A DNA stretch of 62,129 nt, filler included, from Sphacelaria rigidula (taxonomy: Eukaryota), in assembly GCA_964200075.2 (NCBI GenBank). It is 9 parts of 9 records of this genome, joined end to end, with 100 filler letters (N's around TTAATTAATTAA, not from the genome) between each part and the next. Parts side by side here need not be neighbours in the genome. Positions count along the whole stretch, not along the records: positions 20,746 to 27,559 come from CAXNAA020017943.1; positions 27,660 to 34,473 come from CAXNAA020017944.1; positions 34,574 to 41,387 come from CAXNAA020017945.1; 6 more parts are not named here. The stretch is one strand, 5' to 3'. This document shows positions 25,873-39,230 of this stretch, one piece after another. The notes beneath the pieces were generated by a model that was given only the letters and a program-made list of their open reading frames with translations, was not told the DNA's origin and made no database searches. Made by a program: the position numbers and the translations under genes. Within the stretch, counting starts at the first letter, position 1, and every line of letters begins with the position of its first letter.

Positions 25873-27424
25873 CACGCGTGGACAGATAGCACCCTGTGGA
25901 GGGGGTCTACGGGGTTTACGTATCCTGCGCAGTGTTTCTGGTGGGAATTTTACTGTACAGTGTTTTCCAGCGTAGCACAGGACGCTCCACAGGGTTCTCC
26001 ACAGTGGTCATGCACACGTGGACGAATTGCACCCTGTGGGGCACGTCTACAGGGTTCAGGGAAACTGTGCAGTGTTTCTTGTGGGGATCTGGCTGTGGGG
26101 GTTTTTTTGCGCCCTACAGGACGCTCCACAGGGTTCAGGAAAACTGTGCAGGGTTTTCCCGCGGGGATCCGACTATAGGGTGTTATTTTGTGCCACACAG
26201 GGCGCTGCACGGGGTTTCGTCACTCCGTGTGGAATCCATCGCTGTTAATATGGTGTGTAGCCTTTATAGCACGCATACAATATACTCCATACAGCATGGG
26301 CATGGTACTGGCAGAAAAAAACATTCCAGGACTGGCAGGGGTGGGAATTGCACTCCCGAACTTGTGCTCCGGAGTTCATCAGGTTACACATCGTGCTACC
26401 TGACTTGTCGTTCACCACTGTATTATTTTGTGCTTTTAATAACTATCCAGCGAAAAACCTCTTGAAACAAAAGCATTTTAGGTTGAGTGCTTTTGGTAGA
26501 CTGCGGACCACGGGGTTTTCAAAAGCAATGTGCATTGATATGCGAGGTATATCCCGCCGGCTCATCATCCGCGTCTTAAGCAGAAGCGTCGTATCTACAC
26601 TCACAGGCGTGTGGACATACACTCGATCGTAATCAGTGTGTCGGATCTCCATTCAGCAAAAGCTCTTGAGAATTATTCATCCTCTAGCCCATGTACATGG
26701 ACCGAGGGGCAAAAGGATGAAGTACTTTCAACAACTTTTTCTGCTTGTCGGATCCCACATGCTGATAACGGTGCAGTATGCGGGATTTGCCCAGCAGCTG
26801 ACGCTGCTCGCAATCAAGCTCTTTTCCCCCAATCTCCGGATGAGTTGGAGGGCAAAGTAAAGATTTATTTCGAGCTTCTTCTGCGGTTCAAATTCCAAAC
26901 CTGCCAGTGTGCATGGGATTTGCGCAGCAGCAGAAGCTGTTCGAAATAGATCCTTTTTTCGCTCATTTCAAAAATGGGCGGAAAAAAAATCGATTTTGAA
27001 CAGCTTCTTCTGCTGTTCGAAATGAATATTTTTTTTTGCCTCAATAAATTGGGCAAGAAAAGGATATGTTTTGAATAGACTGTCCTGCTGTCCGACATAA
27101 ATTCTAAATTCATTTTTGCCCGATTCAAATCGGGTGAAGAGGAATTTACCTCGGACAGGAGGACAATCTCTTGAAAATATAAATATTTACAGATTTTGTA
27201 CCAAAATTTTGGAACTTGAAAAAAAAAAAAAGAGTCAGGGTTTTATATCAAAACACTACCACATGACTCTGCAGGGCTTTGCCGACAAGCCTACACAGGG
27301 CTATAAACCCAACGAGGGGTACAGGTTTGGATTTCCACTGTCAGGGTTTTTTCACGAAGACTGTGGAGGACCCTATACGGACCCTGCAGAGTGCGCCCCA
27401 CAGGGTGCTACCTGTCCACGGGTG
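25873..27424. mobile_element. Non-autonomous TIR element with CAC termini and CCCTGTGG/CCACAGGG subterminal repeats
   Basis: Left CACGCGTGGACAGATAGCACCCTGTGG, right (reverse complement) CACCCGTGGACAGGTAGCACCCTGTGG; CA on both flanks; second left-end-like copy at ~26012. Confidence 0.65.
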
Positions 27425-27559
27425 CAGGAGGGCTCTATACGTCTTCTTGAAAATGATCTCTTACCCTTTTTTGTTCACCTTTTGACCCTTTTTTGTGAAG
27501 TAACAGCCGATCCTAATTTTTGGGGTTGAAACAAAATATGAGGTTGAAGTCCCATCCCT

Positions 27560-27659
27560 NNNNNNNNNNNNNNNNNNNNNNNNNNNNNNNNNNNNNNNNN
27601 NNNTTAATTAATTAANNNNNNNNNNNNNNNNNNNNNNNNNNNNNNNNNNNNNNNNNNNN
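27560..27659. other. Artificial contig spacer
   Basis: 44N-TTAATTAATTAA-44N. Confidence 0.98.

Positions 27660-27704
<45 letters not shown>
27660..27704 (+). repeat. (AC)n microsatellite at contig start
   Basis: About 22 units. Confidence 0.95.
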
Positions 27705-27705
<1 letters not shown>

Positions 27706-29194
27706 GGCCTGTGGCCATCACACTAACATACCGTTCATCGGCTTGTTGATTCCGGAACAGGAAACAGAAATGCCACGCTAAAGCGTGTTGACTAAAGCTA
27801 TTCAAACACCACTATTAATAGCCCCTTCGCCGACTACCTCGAGTTTGATTGGTGCTCCATGTCCACCTACACCTACGCTGGGGTCCTGAGGCAATCGATT
27901 GTTGCTCCTGTCGAGCAAATCATAGCCGAGGGCAGAAGAACCTCTAAAAAATGGTGTGAAGTGGGACTCTTTTGAAACTCCCCAATGCTATCAGAACCAT
28001 GTACCGCTCCCCCTCAGGCATACACGGGTGTTGGTCGTAGTTTGGGCGCACACCGTGCCGTCTGTAGCGAGTCAAATATCTTGAAGTTCTGGTACTCATG
28101 CCCGCACGTTGTTTCCAAGTTCGCGTTCCCACCGCGAGAAGGAGGTGGGGGATGGATCGGCCTTCTCCCCCCCCACCCCGTCCTATATTGTAGGTTCTTA
28201 CAGAACAGGTCCGCACCGTATATCGGGCTTGCATCCAACTGCACATGCTTCATGTACACAGTGCAATATTATGATGTACTGTTGGGCTTTTATAATTTGT
28301 TGGTGTTATCTTGGCTGCATCTGGAAGAAATGCTGTTGAGCAAGCGCGTTACGTGCGGCGTCCGACTCAACGCATATCCACAAGACAAGAGCACCCTTGT
28401 TAGAAGCGGAGGTGAAGTGTCTGAGAAGAAAATATAAGGCCATAAAGATGATGCTGACATATATAGATCGCCTCTTGCATCTAGGTCCTCGAAAAACCCT
28501 CACCCAGTTCTTCAAACCACAGCGCATAAAGCTGGTGATGAACATTTTTGAAAAGTAGTAGAGCATGCGCACTTTTTTATACAAACTAAGAAGTAATTTT
28601 CTGTTCTGTCCCTGACAGGCACGATCCCACAATGTTGCCCCTAATTTTTATCTCTTTCGATTATTCCTGTTTCATGAGTCGATCATGTTTATTTCTTGCA
28701 CCGGGGATGATGAGAAACTCTACGTCGCGTCCGTGCGGCCGGAGCCCCTTGCACCCGATTGACCCCGATATTCTCGAGCCAAGTTCCACGATCACGGGAA
28801 CAATAATGACTATGCAACGATTGAAACGCGACTCTTGGATAATACTCAAAGTGGTGATGACGCGAGAGGGCAAACCGAGCCGATGTGCTTTGTAGAGAGG
28901 GAAGTTTTGGACATTTTCGGGTGTACCCCTTGTCCGCCTCCCCGAATCTCAGAGTGATATCATGATACTGCGCGAGACTTACCGCGCACGCGCATTTCGG
29001 GGAGAGAAAGGAACACACCTGATTTCTAGGGACTTCGTCATGGATCCATCCGAAGAAAAAAGACGCTCAAAAGCTGCGTTAAAGAAAGGAGATTGAGATG
29101 AGTCGTGAGCGCGAAAACTGCTAATATGACGCTCTCTCTCGTCGCCGTCTCGGGGATGATTGTGCTGTGTGGTGCCTGTATTGTTGCCGTGCAG

Positions 29195-32100
29195 GAGCTG
29201 AACGCGCTGAACCCGATCGCAGAGCCGGCGTGGTCACCGTTACTCGCAGGTGATGAAGAGTAAAAAATATGTAAAGAGACGTGAAGGTGGTGGCGAATAT
29301 GGACAGCAGCAGTGTACGTGAGAGGAGCAGTAGTCAGTAGGAGCTGCTTCAATCACAATCACAATACTTGTAAGAGACATGACCGTCTTGCAAGGGTAAG
29401 TTTTTCTCGAGGTTGTTCTCAACACCCAAACTTTCGAAATGACGGTTTGACCGATTTTCTAGGGAGTAACTAATGGGCGCGGGTCTCATTTTTTCTCTTT
29501 TCAACCGTTTTTTTTCTTTTTCTCTTGCTGTCGTTTTTTGAGGCAACTGTCGAAAGGATCTGACATAGGTGGTGACCAATCAGGTGATGCATGCGGAAAC
29601 ATGCGCGGGGCCATGGAGCTCGTTCTTGAATGTAGCGACCACTGTGTGCGGGCTAGAAAACATGAGTTTTTCTTCCCCTTTTTCTCCTTGATGGAATGAG
29701 GAAATCTCATACCATACTTACAGCGCGAGCGGGTTCGTGTGTCAATTACCCGTGGGCTCGACTAGACCGCCTGGCGGTAGCCATGTGGGATGGGCGCTTC
29801 GAGCGTTCGGAAAGCTTTGCTCAAGGCAGTGTGGGGGTCAAACCCACTAAGACCCCCTGTCAGTTGGGGATGCACATAGCGCTACACATGCACGACCCTG
29901 CGAGTCTCATCGTCTGCGATGCAGCGACATGCATGTAGACACCTATAGTAGCTCTTGCTCAAGGGTGAGGTGCGTTGGACATTTTTGTTCCGTTCTGATC
30001 CGACTACAATGGATGAAAACTAAAAGGAGACACGATGTTGTCGATACCCGTGCTTCTCGGTCAAAAACAAGTGCAAGCGGGTGAGAGGTACGCCCGTTCT
30101 CCGTTTCTTGATCTGCGGAGTGTTCCCCCGTTGCTCCTCCACTACCACTCTTGAACGGCCTCCGCGTGAGGTATGATAGCTTCCAGTTTGTAAGTTTTAA
30201 GAGAGCCATGGTTGGATCCAGTGTACGTGTGCTGGGGTGCTAGCAATACAGGTGCTGACGAGCGCAGTTATACAACGAACAGTCCCAAGGACCGAAGCTC
30301 ACAAGAATATGGCGGCGCGTGCACTGCTCCGACTCGACAGGGGCTTTTAGCGATTTCAACCACCACACTGCCTTGAGCAAAGCTTTCCGTACGCTCGAGG
30401 CGCCTACCCCACAAGACTGCCGCGAGGCGGTCTAGCCGAGCTCACGGGTAATTGGCACAGGCACCCGTTCGCGGGGTAAGTGTTGGGTGAGGTTCCCTCC
30501 TTCCTCCCAAGAAAAAAACAACGGAGAGCCCCTAGGCTCGCAAGGGGGTATGAAATATGAAATACATCCGATGTAGCGTGACGCATAGTATCTTGCTCGC
30601 TCAAAGTTCCCGTTCACTTTTGCGAATGGACCGTAATCTGTCGAAACCGAAAGACTGAACCGACTGACTCGGAGGAAACGTCGCTTCGTGAAGAAAAATC
30701 GTGTAAAATAGGCGGCCTGGTCATCAAAAACATTTGCTTAATTGCGTGGAAACTCGTGTATTTTTTTGTTGTATGAGACATCACAACATGCTTCCCCCTG
30801 CGCCCTCCGTCTCGAGAGGGACGCATGGTCAATGGTCAAATGGCAAGGCAAGCAACAAATGAGTACACGCCGCTCCCCATCCTTCTACAGTAGATGCCTT
30901 AACTGATAGTAATCGCGGGAAATATAAAAATCATCGACTTTAGGGGCATATCGCACATCACGTTGGACAAAAATGTGCTGAAAAGGTGGCGTTTAGGAGA
31001 CGGCTCATCTCTTCCGCCGCTATGCCATCATCTCCATAATTGTTTGCTGCACTGCATTGATTGATTACTTGATTGTTGCACACATCAACTATCCCGCGAT
31101 GGATCCAGCCGGAAACACACAAGAATTACGCATACACAACGGCGAATAAACGAACACGGAGGAATAAGTGCTTGAAGGAAACCTTGGCAATGGAGATGAA
31201 ATTGAAGGAAATGTAAAAACTACGCGGAAAATACGATGTACCGTTCAGACGATCTCAACCGTGTGAGCGTGTTTTACTCCATATGCTGCTATATACCCGT
31301 CCTTCGGGGTACTATAGTGTGTCTCGGCTGCGTCCTTTGCAGGTCCAGGGCGGACGAGATGTCACAGTCGTAACCAAGGATACTTTCCAGCTTTATGTGT
31401 TTGTTACGTTGCTGCTGGTGCTACTGATGCTGCTGCTGTTGTCATAGCCGGCGTCTATCACAAAACTGGTCACCTCGAAGTGTTGATCACACCCCACATG
31501 ATTATAACCAGGGAGCGCCCCGACCCCTTACAGAATGAAAGGTACTGTAGCTGTAAAACGAAACAAATTGTATATTGTTAGAAACAGTAGTGCGGCAGTG
31601 GAAGAGGCCGCTGCAGTAAGGGAAATACTGTCAACTTCAACCGATGCAAGTACTGCCCCCCCTCCCCAGCCCACACGCCGTCTCGAAAGGATACGTCGTC
31701 AATGTTCCATCGACTAAGGCAAGCAGCAAAAAGTCCGCCCCCCCCCCATCCCAAACACACACGTCCCTGTTTTCACGTAGATTTTGTTATCACCGTTGGT
31801 CTCTGAACATGCACACCGCAACTGTCACAAAAATAGTTGTCCGAAAAATCTTGTCAAAGCTGCTTCGCGTGCGGGCATTGACATCTTCCAGCCTTCATCC
31901 ATTTTTTGCTTTGAGGAAATGACTGGGACATTCGCTCCCTGTCTTGTCTGTGTTGCGAGGTGCCTGGTCCCTGCCCGGGGCAAGCTGTAGCGGTGTGGTC
32001 TGCAAGTCGGTCAGCTTAAGCGATGTTCCTTCGTCTTGTTCTCGATCGATACACTCACAGCATTTCAATGGAAGACCAATACCACAGTACAGTCCCCCCT

Positions 32101-32308
32101 CCTCAGGAAACATGCTGTTCGAGACTGAATACCTTGTAACTTTCCCGCCAACGTGCATCAAAGGGTACTTGCTCCCTAAGCCGAAGATCCCTGATCCATA
32201 CTTCATCCCCACTCCACCCCGGAGTAGGAACGGTGCACCGTCTCGAAAGGGATGCGGGGTCAATGGTCACACGACTAAGGCAAGCAACAAACGAGTACGC
32301 CCCCCCGC

Positions 32309-32341
<33 letters not shown>

Positions 32342-32614
32342 CCCCCCCCTTCCCCGCAATCCCAACCCATCTAGCCCNNNNNNNNNNGGGCACAGTCTCG
32401 AAGGGCTGGGGGGGGCAGTGGACACACAAAAAAGCGAAACAACAAAAGGGGTCCCCCCCCCCCCCCCCCCCCTCCCCCTTCACCCCGCTCCCCCGGGACG
32501 AGAGAACAGGAAAGTGGCGATTGCTGTACAGCACGGTGCCCGGGCCATCGTCCGGAAAACTGGGCCCCTTCGTCGCAGACGTATTCCAAGATATCCGTCC
32601 TGATGAAAAACGAA
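29195..32614 (+). CDS. PAP/fibrillin-family protein, two internal exons (29195..29249 and 32510..32614)
   Basis: AG/GT-bounded exons join in phase 1 to give ELNALNPIAEPAWSPLLAG-KWRLLYSTVPGPSSGKLGPFVADVFQDIRPDEKR, matching the fibrillin L.ALNP...P..SPLL.G.W.L.Y[ST] motif. Other exons were not found in the contig. Confidence 0.8.
29721..30476. mobile_element. MITE with ~120-bp TIRs inside the fibrillin intron
   Basis: CAGCGCGAGCGGG...AATTACCCGTGGGCTCGACTAGACCGCC...AAAGCTTTGCTCAAGGCAGTGTGG is mirrored at 30360..30476; TA on both flanks (TTA/TAA context). Confidence 0.8.
32222..32300 (+). mobile_element. Extreme 3' fragment of LINE family B (similar fragments at ~10970, ~30810, ~31678)
   Basis: CCGTCTCGAAAGGGATGCG.GGTCAATGG...ACGACTAAGGCAAGC, encoding SRNGAPSRKGCGVNG, as at the end of ORF 55564..56034. 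Confidence 0.7.
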
Positions 32615-34303
32615 GTGAGGAAGAGATCGGGAGACAGAGACAGAGACATGGAAACAGAGGGCGCTTTGATTGCACCTGAAAGTGATGCGTAGGATGTTTT
32701 CGACGCGGTACTTCTTGTGTGTTCGTGTAGCATGATTCCCGAGAGGAGGAGGACTTGCCGCCGAAAGCGGTGACCGTCGCCGATAGGTTGGTTTTGTCGT
32801 ATTTTCTATGGATTCTGAATCTCGGATGTGGGCAAAATTTGATCTGATCTTATGGCCCGTTTCTTGACAACGTGTGTATATTGTGTGTGGGAGAAAGGGG
32901 GGTAGAATAGTAGCTAAAGGTGTAAGTCTTCGTGTACCGCGGGCAATGTTTTTGTTCTCCCTGTACTTACACGCGCTTTAGATGGATGTTTTCACACACG
33001 TAGCCTCTCCCACAAATCTCGTGAACCCGAACCGAGGCCGCTGTGAAAAATGACCCACTATGTGTAGTACACACAGGCCTGCGCGATTTTTTCGTGCTGC
33101 CTAGGGTCGTTCATCAAACACCTCGAACGCGAATCTAATCGGCAGTGCTGTCTTTCTTCATCATTGCTGCTCCTTACTCAGTTGTTGTGTCTGTTTTTTT
33201 TTCTTGTATTGTCAATCAGCTACCGCTTGAATTTCATCTTGTTTCATCGGCTGATTTTGCTGTTTCTGCATTTGCATACATGTGTACTTGTCCTTCTGTG
33301 CGCTGATGATCGATTCTTCGAATCTTCCCCTGTTTCGGCGATGCCTCTCCAAACTCTCATGATCGCGCTACTTTATCAGTCTTCAACATCCTGGAGTTGG
33401 GACCGACCTGGGCTCTTCGGGTAAGCACCTCCACACTCACGTCTTTGTATACGGTCCGCATGAAAGCAAAGCATGCATACAGTATACGCTCAACCAGCTG
33501 AGATTCGGGTATTTACAGAAGTATATATGATCTCGTAAGAGGTATTTATCGGTGAATGCCCTTCTTAACAATAACGGAGTGTTCGGAACTGCACTCGATA
33601 CTGTCCGAACCGTACCGGAATGTTCCGAATATTCGTTACACGTTTCGGTATGGTTTAGTATGCCAACCAAAAATCTAACACTTTCGGGTATACCCCCACA
33701 TAACACAAACCTTGCACATATATGTATGTGTGTTGATTGATTGTCGCCCATTAACTGATTTCCATCCAGGCGTAGTCATTCTCCACAAAGATAGACCTAT
33801 CCAAGGCAACGGGAACGAAAATACTCGCTGGAGGAAGCTCGATAGAGAGGATGACGAAGATCAGAGCGGGAAAAATCGAGTAAATTGCGGAAGAAAACAG
33901 AAAAATCGAAAAATAAAATAAAACGAAAACAACAAGAACGAATGATGCTTATATGTAAATATATATCCATATGCTTGTAGCCGCCTCGCCCCTGCATTTA
34001 AGATGGTACTGTAACGCCTGTAGGAGCTAGTGAGGGCAAAACATTTCGGGTTTGAACTCTCAACACACATAAAGTTATTTCCAAAGCAGAGTCCTCGGTA
34101 TCGTCCTTGAAAACGTGAGGATGTGTGTCGCAAAAGACAAATGTCACGAGGTTCGACGCGGTGCGGGGTCCGGATGGTCATGATCCAATTCGCGATACCA
34201 AAAAAATCGGGCAGGAGCCGTACCGAGAAAGAGATTGGCTGATCCCTTAAGGTTCCGAACCGGTCCCGAGAAGGGAGAGGGGCTTAGAATATGACGAAAC
34301 TAA

Positions 34304-34410
34304 GTGTGTGTGTTGTGTTGTCCCATCTATTCTGGCCGCGGGTCCACACCTTTCGGTATATGTGGGCGCACCAGCCGGGGTCACACAGGAGGAAGGTCAG
34401 CACAGGAGCT
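34304..34410 (-). mobile_element. SINE family A 3' tail fragment
   Basis: Reverse complement of the tail at 13011..13110. Confidence 0.7.
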
Positions 34411-34473
34411 TTTTTTTTTTTCCTTTTTTTGGTCCCCAATTTTCCTCCTCCCGCCCTTCCCTTTGTTTTTTTT

Positions 34474-34573
34474 NNNNNNNNNNNNNNNNNNNNNNNNNNN
34501 NNNNNNNNNNNNNNNNNTTAATTAATTAANNNNNNNNNNNNNNNNNNNNNNNNNNNNNNNNNNNNNNNNNNNN
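34474..34573. other. Artificial contig spacer
   Basis: 44N-TTAATTAATTAA-44N. Confidence 0.98.
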
Positions 34574-34617
34574 TTCACGCATGCTAGACCCATAACGTTG
34601 AAACCTGCGGCACCGCT

Positions 34618-34648
34618 GCCACGCGCGTCAGCCGTGGCTTACCACTAG
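34618..34648 (+). mobile_element. Helitron-like 3' terminus (hairpin + CTAG|T)
   Basis: GCCACG-cgcgtcagc-CGTGGC hairpin, then TTACCA-CTAG followed by T; identical at 38613..38643. Confidence 0.6.
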
Positions 34649-36874
34649 TCCTATATATTATTAGCCTAAATGATCCGCCGCTTGATACTGGAATCAAGTA
34701 AGCGTGTGATCCTTCTCGGAACAGTAATTTACATCAAAACCAGTCTTCCATTACTTCAACAAAGTAAACGGCTCGGCAAGAGTCACAAAAAAGAAGGCGT
34801 AGCAGTTCAACGGACTCGACAAAACGGAAGAGTAAACGCTCGGCAAGAGTCACAAAAAAAAGGCGCCGTCCCATTAAAAAAAATAAAGGCCTCCCTTGCC
34901 AGTAAAGGTTTTTTCACGTCCTCTGCCCGCCGTCCCATTTTCAGAAAAAGGGGCAGAGGTTGGGAAACATTTTTCGACTCTTGACGGCAAACTGCCCGGT
35001 TTTTCCGCGTTTGTCTTGTTCTACTTTTGCAAGTTTTCGCTCACATGTCGAAGCGTTTAGTCGTATGGTACACTGTAAGGGAAGTCGCTCTGCAATTATA
35101 CTATTTTGAACCCAGGTTTTCCTAGCAAGACCCATGTATCAGCACAGCGCGTTGAGGGTGCCTCCAGTTCGGAACACACCGTACAGACACCACAGTATTA
35201 TAGCATAAACCATCGGTTGAGTATACCTCTACAGTTGCTCTGGTAACCAAACAGCTGCTCACTCAAACATACGACACCAAATTAGCATGCCATCACCATG
35301 CAACCCGTTTTTCTCGTACGTGTCCAAGAGTTTACTCGCAGGGTTTACTACCGGGGAAGTAGCTCTCTGAATGTACTGTCATGAACCCAGGCTTTCCTAG
35401 GAAGATCCATGTATCAGCGCAGCGCTTCGAGGGTGCCTTCAGTTCAAAACGCTCACCGTACAGGCAGGACAGTATTATAGCGTATATTATCGGTGGAGTA
35501 GCTTTACAGTTTGCAGTTGGACCTCACTACAACCAAAGTGCAGAAATGCAAACAGAATTGTCAACTTTGCTCAACAGGTATCACGGAAATGCACGACAAA
35601 ATTGAGAATGTGGACGAATGCTGTTCGTTCACAGTGTTTCACACACCAGAATATATAGCACCACATTTTCATGGACATGGTGCTCCATAGGTCATGCCCG
35701 CGTACCGCAGTCAAGACACGATAGCCCGATCAAGTACATGGCAGCCGGGCAAGAAACACAACCCAGGCACACGAAATCATCCAGTTATTTGCAGTATAAT
35801 ATCAAGATAACAGCGGAGCAACACATGAACGGTCTGTGTGGTTTGTCTGTGTGAGGGGTTCGTTTCGCCGTTTCGCTGTGCATCTGCCTACCGTGTCGTA
35901 TGCTGCGGGCGCGATATGATGCGCCGTCTCTTGTGTAGGGTTGATCGAAAACTGTATTGATTGCGAGCGGCAGTACCCCAGTCGAGACACAATTTCGTTT
36001 GCAAGCAGATCAAGCCCGACACAGTGCACGGCCGCCGCCGTCAATCCAGTGATTCCTCACCATTTGATCGTATCGCTCAGGGTTTACGCCCACCGATTCC
36101 TTTCGGCTTGCACCGCCGTCCCAAAATGAGCGGCTTTCTTCGGCAAGTATGGCATTGAGTAAACACCGGGTGTTTGCTTTCAAGACAAAATGCTCCCACG
36201 TGAAACCGCGCGTGCTGCGCTTCTACCCTCGATGTATGTGCGTGTCTGACCAGGTTGTGTTGTAAAGGTGTAAAGTTCTTTACTTATAGTGTGTTTCAGT
36301 CACGCCCGTCGAGATTTTCAGACCTGTATCCGACTACAAGTAGTTGTTCTGATTTTGAGTTCTTCAGTGTAAAGTTCTTCCTAAAAAATCTGATCACGTG
36401 CTCTCATGCCACAAGTCATGTTCTGGAGGGTGTGGCGGCGAAACTCTCTTCGGCGTACTTGCTGCCTGTTTTGGGAAAGCATATGTTCCCCTCCGAGCTG
36501 TCCGGGAACCCCTTTTTCAAAAGATGGTTTCAGAAAGTGTTTTTGCACTGCCTGAAATCCCCCCAAAACAGGGGATTTCTGAGAACGTTTGAGGATTTTT
36601 CTTGGGGGGGTGGTATCGCAGGGATCAATCAGCGATCGTTTTTCAAAAAAGGAGATTTTGCCATAATCCTAGGTTAAACAGATGTTGATGATGCACCCGG
36701 GTGCATAAATAATTTTTCTGCTTCGCGGACGTTAGGGTAGAGTTCACCACTGGGTGAGTTGAAGTTGCCCCGACTTGGATATATATATATTGTGGACACT
36801 GATATCTGGAACTTTAATAGCGGGGGCTGCGCTCCTAGCTTGCGCAGAATGTGCTTTCGTCTAAATGAGGTCTT

Positions 36875-37081
36875 CAAGGGCAGGTCGAGTAGAGTATACT
36901 CAAGTGCGAGGTATTTTGAAAGACGTACGTGAGATACTCAAATTAGAGTAGAGTGCTGGGAGCCGTACCCAAAAAATAACTGGGGAGCGATCCCCAAAAC
37001 CTTACCCCCAATTTGTGTACTTCAACTTTTCAACTCCCTAAATGCTCCGCAGTTGAGTATAGTCTACTCGACCTACCCTTG
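36875..37081. mobile_element. hAT-type MITE (207 bp)
   Basis: 34-bp TIRs CAAGGG(C/T)AGGTCGAGTAGA(G/C)TATACTCAA(G/C)TGCG; perfect 8-bp TSD GAGGTCTT at 36867..36874 and 37082..37089. Confidence 0.9.
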
Positions 37082-37823
37082 GAGGTCTTCAAACGCACAA
37101 TTTTCCTAGCAAACTCTCCAACACTTCGCAACGATTGACGAAGAGCAACATAACCTACAGGCAGAGTAGTAGAACCCGGTTCACAGGACATTTGTGCAGA
37201 CCCGCCGGTCCAACCAACACCACTTTTGCATGCACCCGCACACAGAGCTGGCAGATAGCGAACGCCACGGCACGCACACCACCAATGCCACAGCTCACAC
37301 GGACCCATACACAGACGAAACACCAATAACGGCCAAAATTAAGAGATCATGCAGCGGAAAGATCAAGCCCACCGCTCCTGCTCGACAAACGCATACGAGA
37401 TAAGTTTCGACCCAAATATCCTCCTTTGAGGAAAACAACTGCAAGGCCGGGGCATGTTCGCTATTTTTTGCGTTGTGTGCTTCGAGCCCAAATTCACCCA
37501 CTGGGTTAATAACCCTTTCCAGGGCACGTCCCGCGCTCAGCGGAAAAAATCGGACAATTGCCTGTTTCTTCCGCAAGTTTTGAGGGTCGGCTTGAAAAGC
37601 ACTTGGAAATAAGGATCGACCCCGGAATGTCTCAGTAGTGTGGAAGTGCGTGTGGCGTCTGAATAGCGTTACCTTAGCGCATGATTTCTCCATGTTAAGG
37701 ATGCAGGCTAAAATCAAGTGTATCCCAAGGAACGAAGGAAAACGGGCGATGGTTAGTAAAGTGTCGCCGAACAGCCCGGACACTTTTCAGAGGCTAGCAA
37801 TCCACCCGCGTTTAGCGCCTTTA

Positions 37824-38453
37824 CACACACGGCCATGTGGCTATCCCTCAAAATGCCTCCGGAGGGATGCGCGGCCCTCCAGAGACAAAACAAGCCTCCG
37901 GGGGCCTTAAATTCCTCTGGAGGAAACCGAACACTACCGCCCTGGAGGGCCGCGCACCCCTCCAGAGGAATTTGTGGGTAGCAACATCCCTCCGGAGGGA
38001 TGCTCGGCCCTCCGGAGGCAAGAACATGCCTCCGGAGGCGTTTGATCCCTCTGGAGGAAACAAAAAAAAAACATTCCCCTGGAGAGCTGCGCACCCCTCA
38101 GGAGGGCAGCCCACCGGAGTTGTTGCTACGATAGGGTTGCACTTTTTGAGCGAAAATGTTTCTCGGGGTGTTCCACGGATATTTTTGAGAATCGGCATCA
38201 TTTTCACTTTTCAAGTGAAAATATTGCCAATTAATGAAAAGGCCCCTGTGTGCATCTCCGTGTCCTGTCCCCGGAGATTTGGGTTGCACAGTAAGCCCCA
38301 TATATTTAGGCTCCTGCAAAAAGGAGATCCAGAAATAAAAAGTGCAACCCCTATCGTTGCACCACTCCCCCTCCGGAGGTGTTCAGTTCCTCGGGGGCTC
38401 GAAAAGTTGACTGCCCTGGAGGAAATTTGGGGGTAGCCAAATGGCCGCGTGTG
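37824..38453. mobile_element. TIR element with palindromic CCCTCCGGAGGG subterminal repeats
   Basis: CACACACGGCCATGTGGCTATCCC versus reverse-complemented right end CACACGCGGCCATTTGGCTACCCC; TA flanks; many CCTCC(G/A)GAGG motifs. Confidence 0.75.
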
Positions 38454-38612
38454 TAACACTCATCATGTTAGCCGTGGGGCTGGAAGTCCTTATTCGCTTA
38501 TACTTTGTACTGTATACTCATTAGTTATGGTTAACGTCGTTTTCACTTTTCGCAAATTTGTTCAAACCTCCACCCGTGCAAGACCCGTGGCGCTGATACG
38601 TTCGGCACTGCT

Positions 38613-38643
38613 GCCACGCGCGTCAGCCGTGGCTTACCACTAG
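38613..38643 (+). mobile_element. Helitron-like 3' terminus, second copy
   Basis: Same hairpin + CTAG|T as 34618..34648. Confidence 0.6.
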
Positions 38644-38649
38644 TTATTT

Positions 38650-38651
<2 letters not shown>

Positions 38652-38701
<50 letters not shown>
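38652..38701 (+). repeat. (GTT)n microsatellite
   Basis: About 16 units. Confidence 0.95.
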
Positions 38702-38702
<1 letters not shown>

Positions 38703-39230
38703 CTACTTCTTCTTCTTCTTACCTCCGCACATTAGTCCGATCTCGCGAACCCGTGGTCCCAGACGTGGGGTCGTCTTTCCAATACTGTCCATGCTATTCC
38801 TTACAAGACATGTTACCAAAAATATAAATGATTAGAGACGCCACGAAAACATGTGAGAAGTAGCTCCCCCAAGTTCAAACGGGAAAATCCCCCCCGACAA
38901 CGTCAGATCTGCCTAAAAGAAGAACGTACACCGAAAGAAAGGAAAAAGTATGTGTCATACTCCAAAATCTTGCATGTTGACTTTCTCGGGTAGTGGGTGT
39001 TGGCTAACACCGGGGATAAAAAATTATTTTGGCTGTAGCTATGAGTGACATCGTACGTCCGTGCTAATCACACCTTATAGTTTACTCGGGAAAAGAAAAG
39101 TTGGTGAGATCAAACCTTTTTGCCATCAGTGTCGAAAAGCTTGAAATTAGAGACCGGTCACTTGGGGAGTAACGTGGATTTTCCCTTCCGCCTCTCCGGA
39201 CGTTTGTGTGCAGTTTCAAGGGGGAAAATG

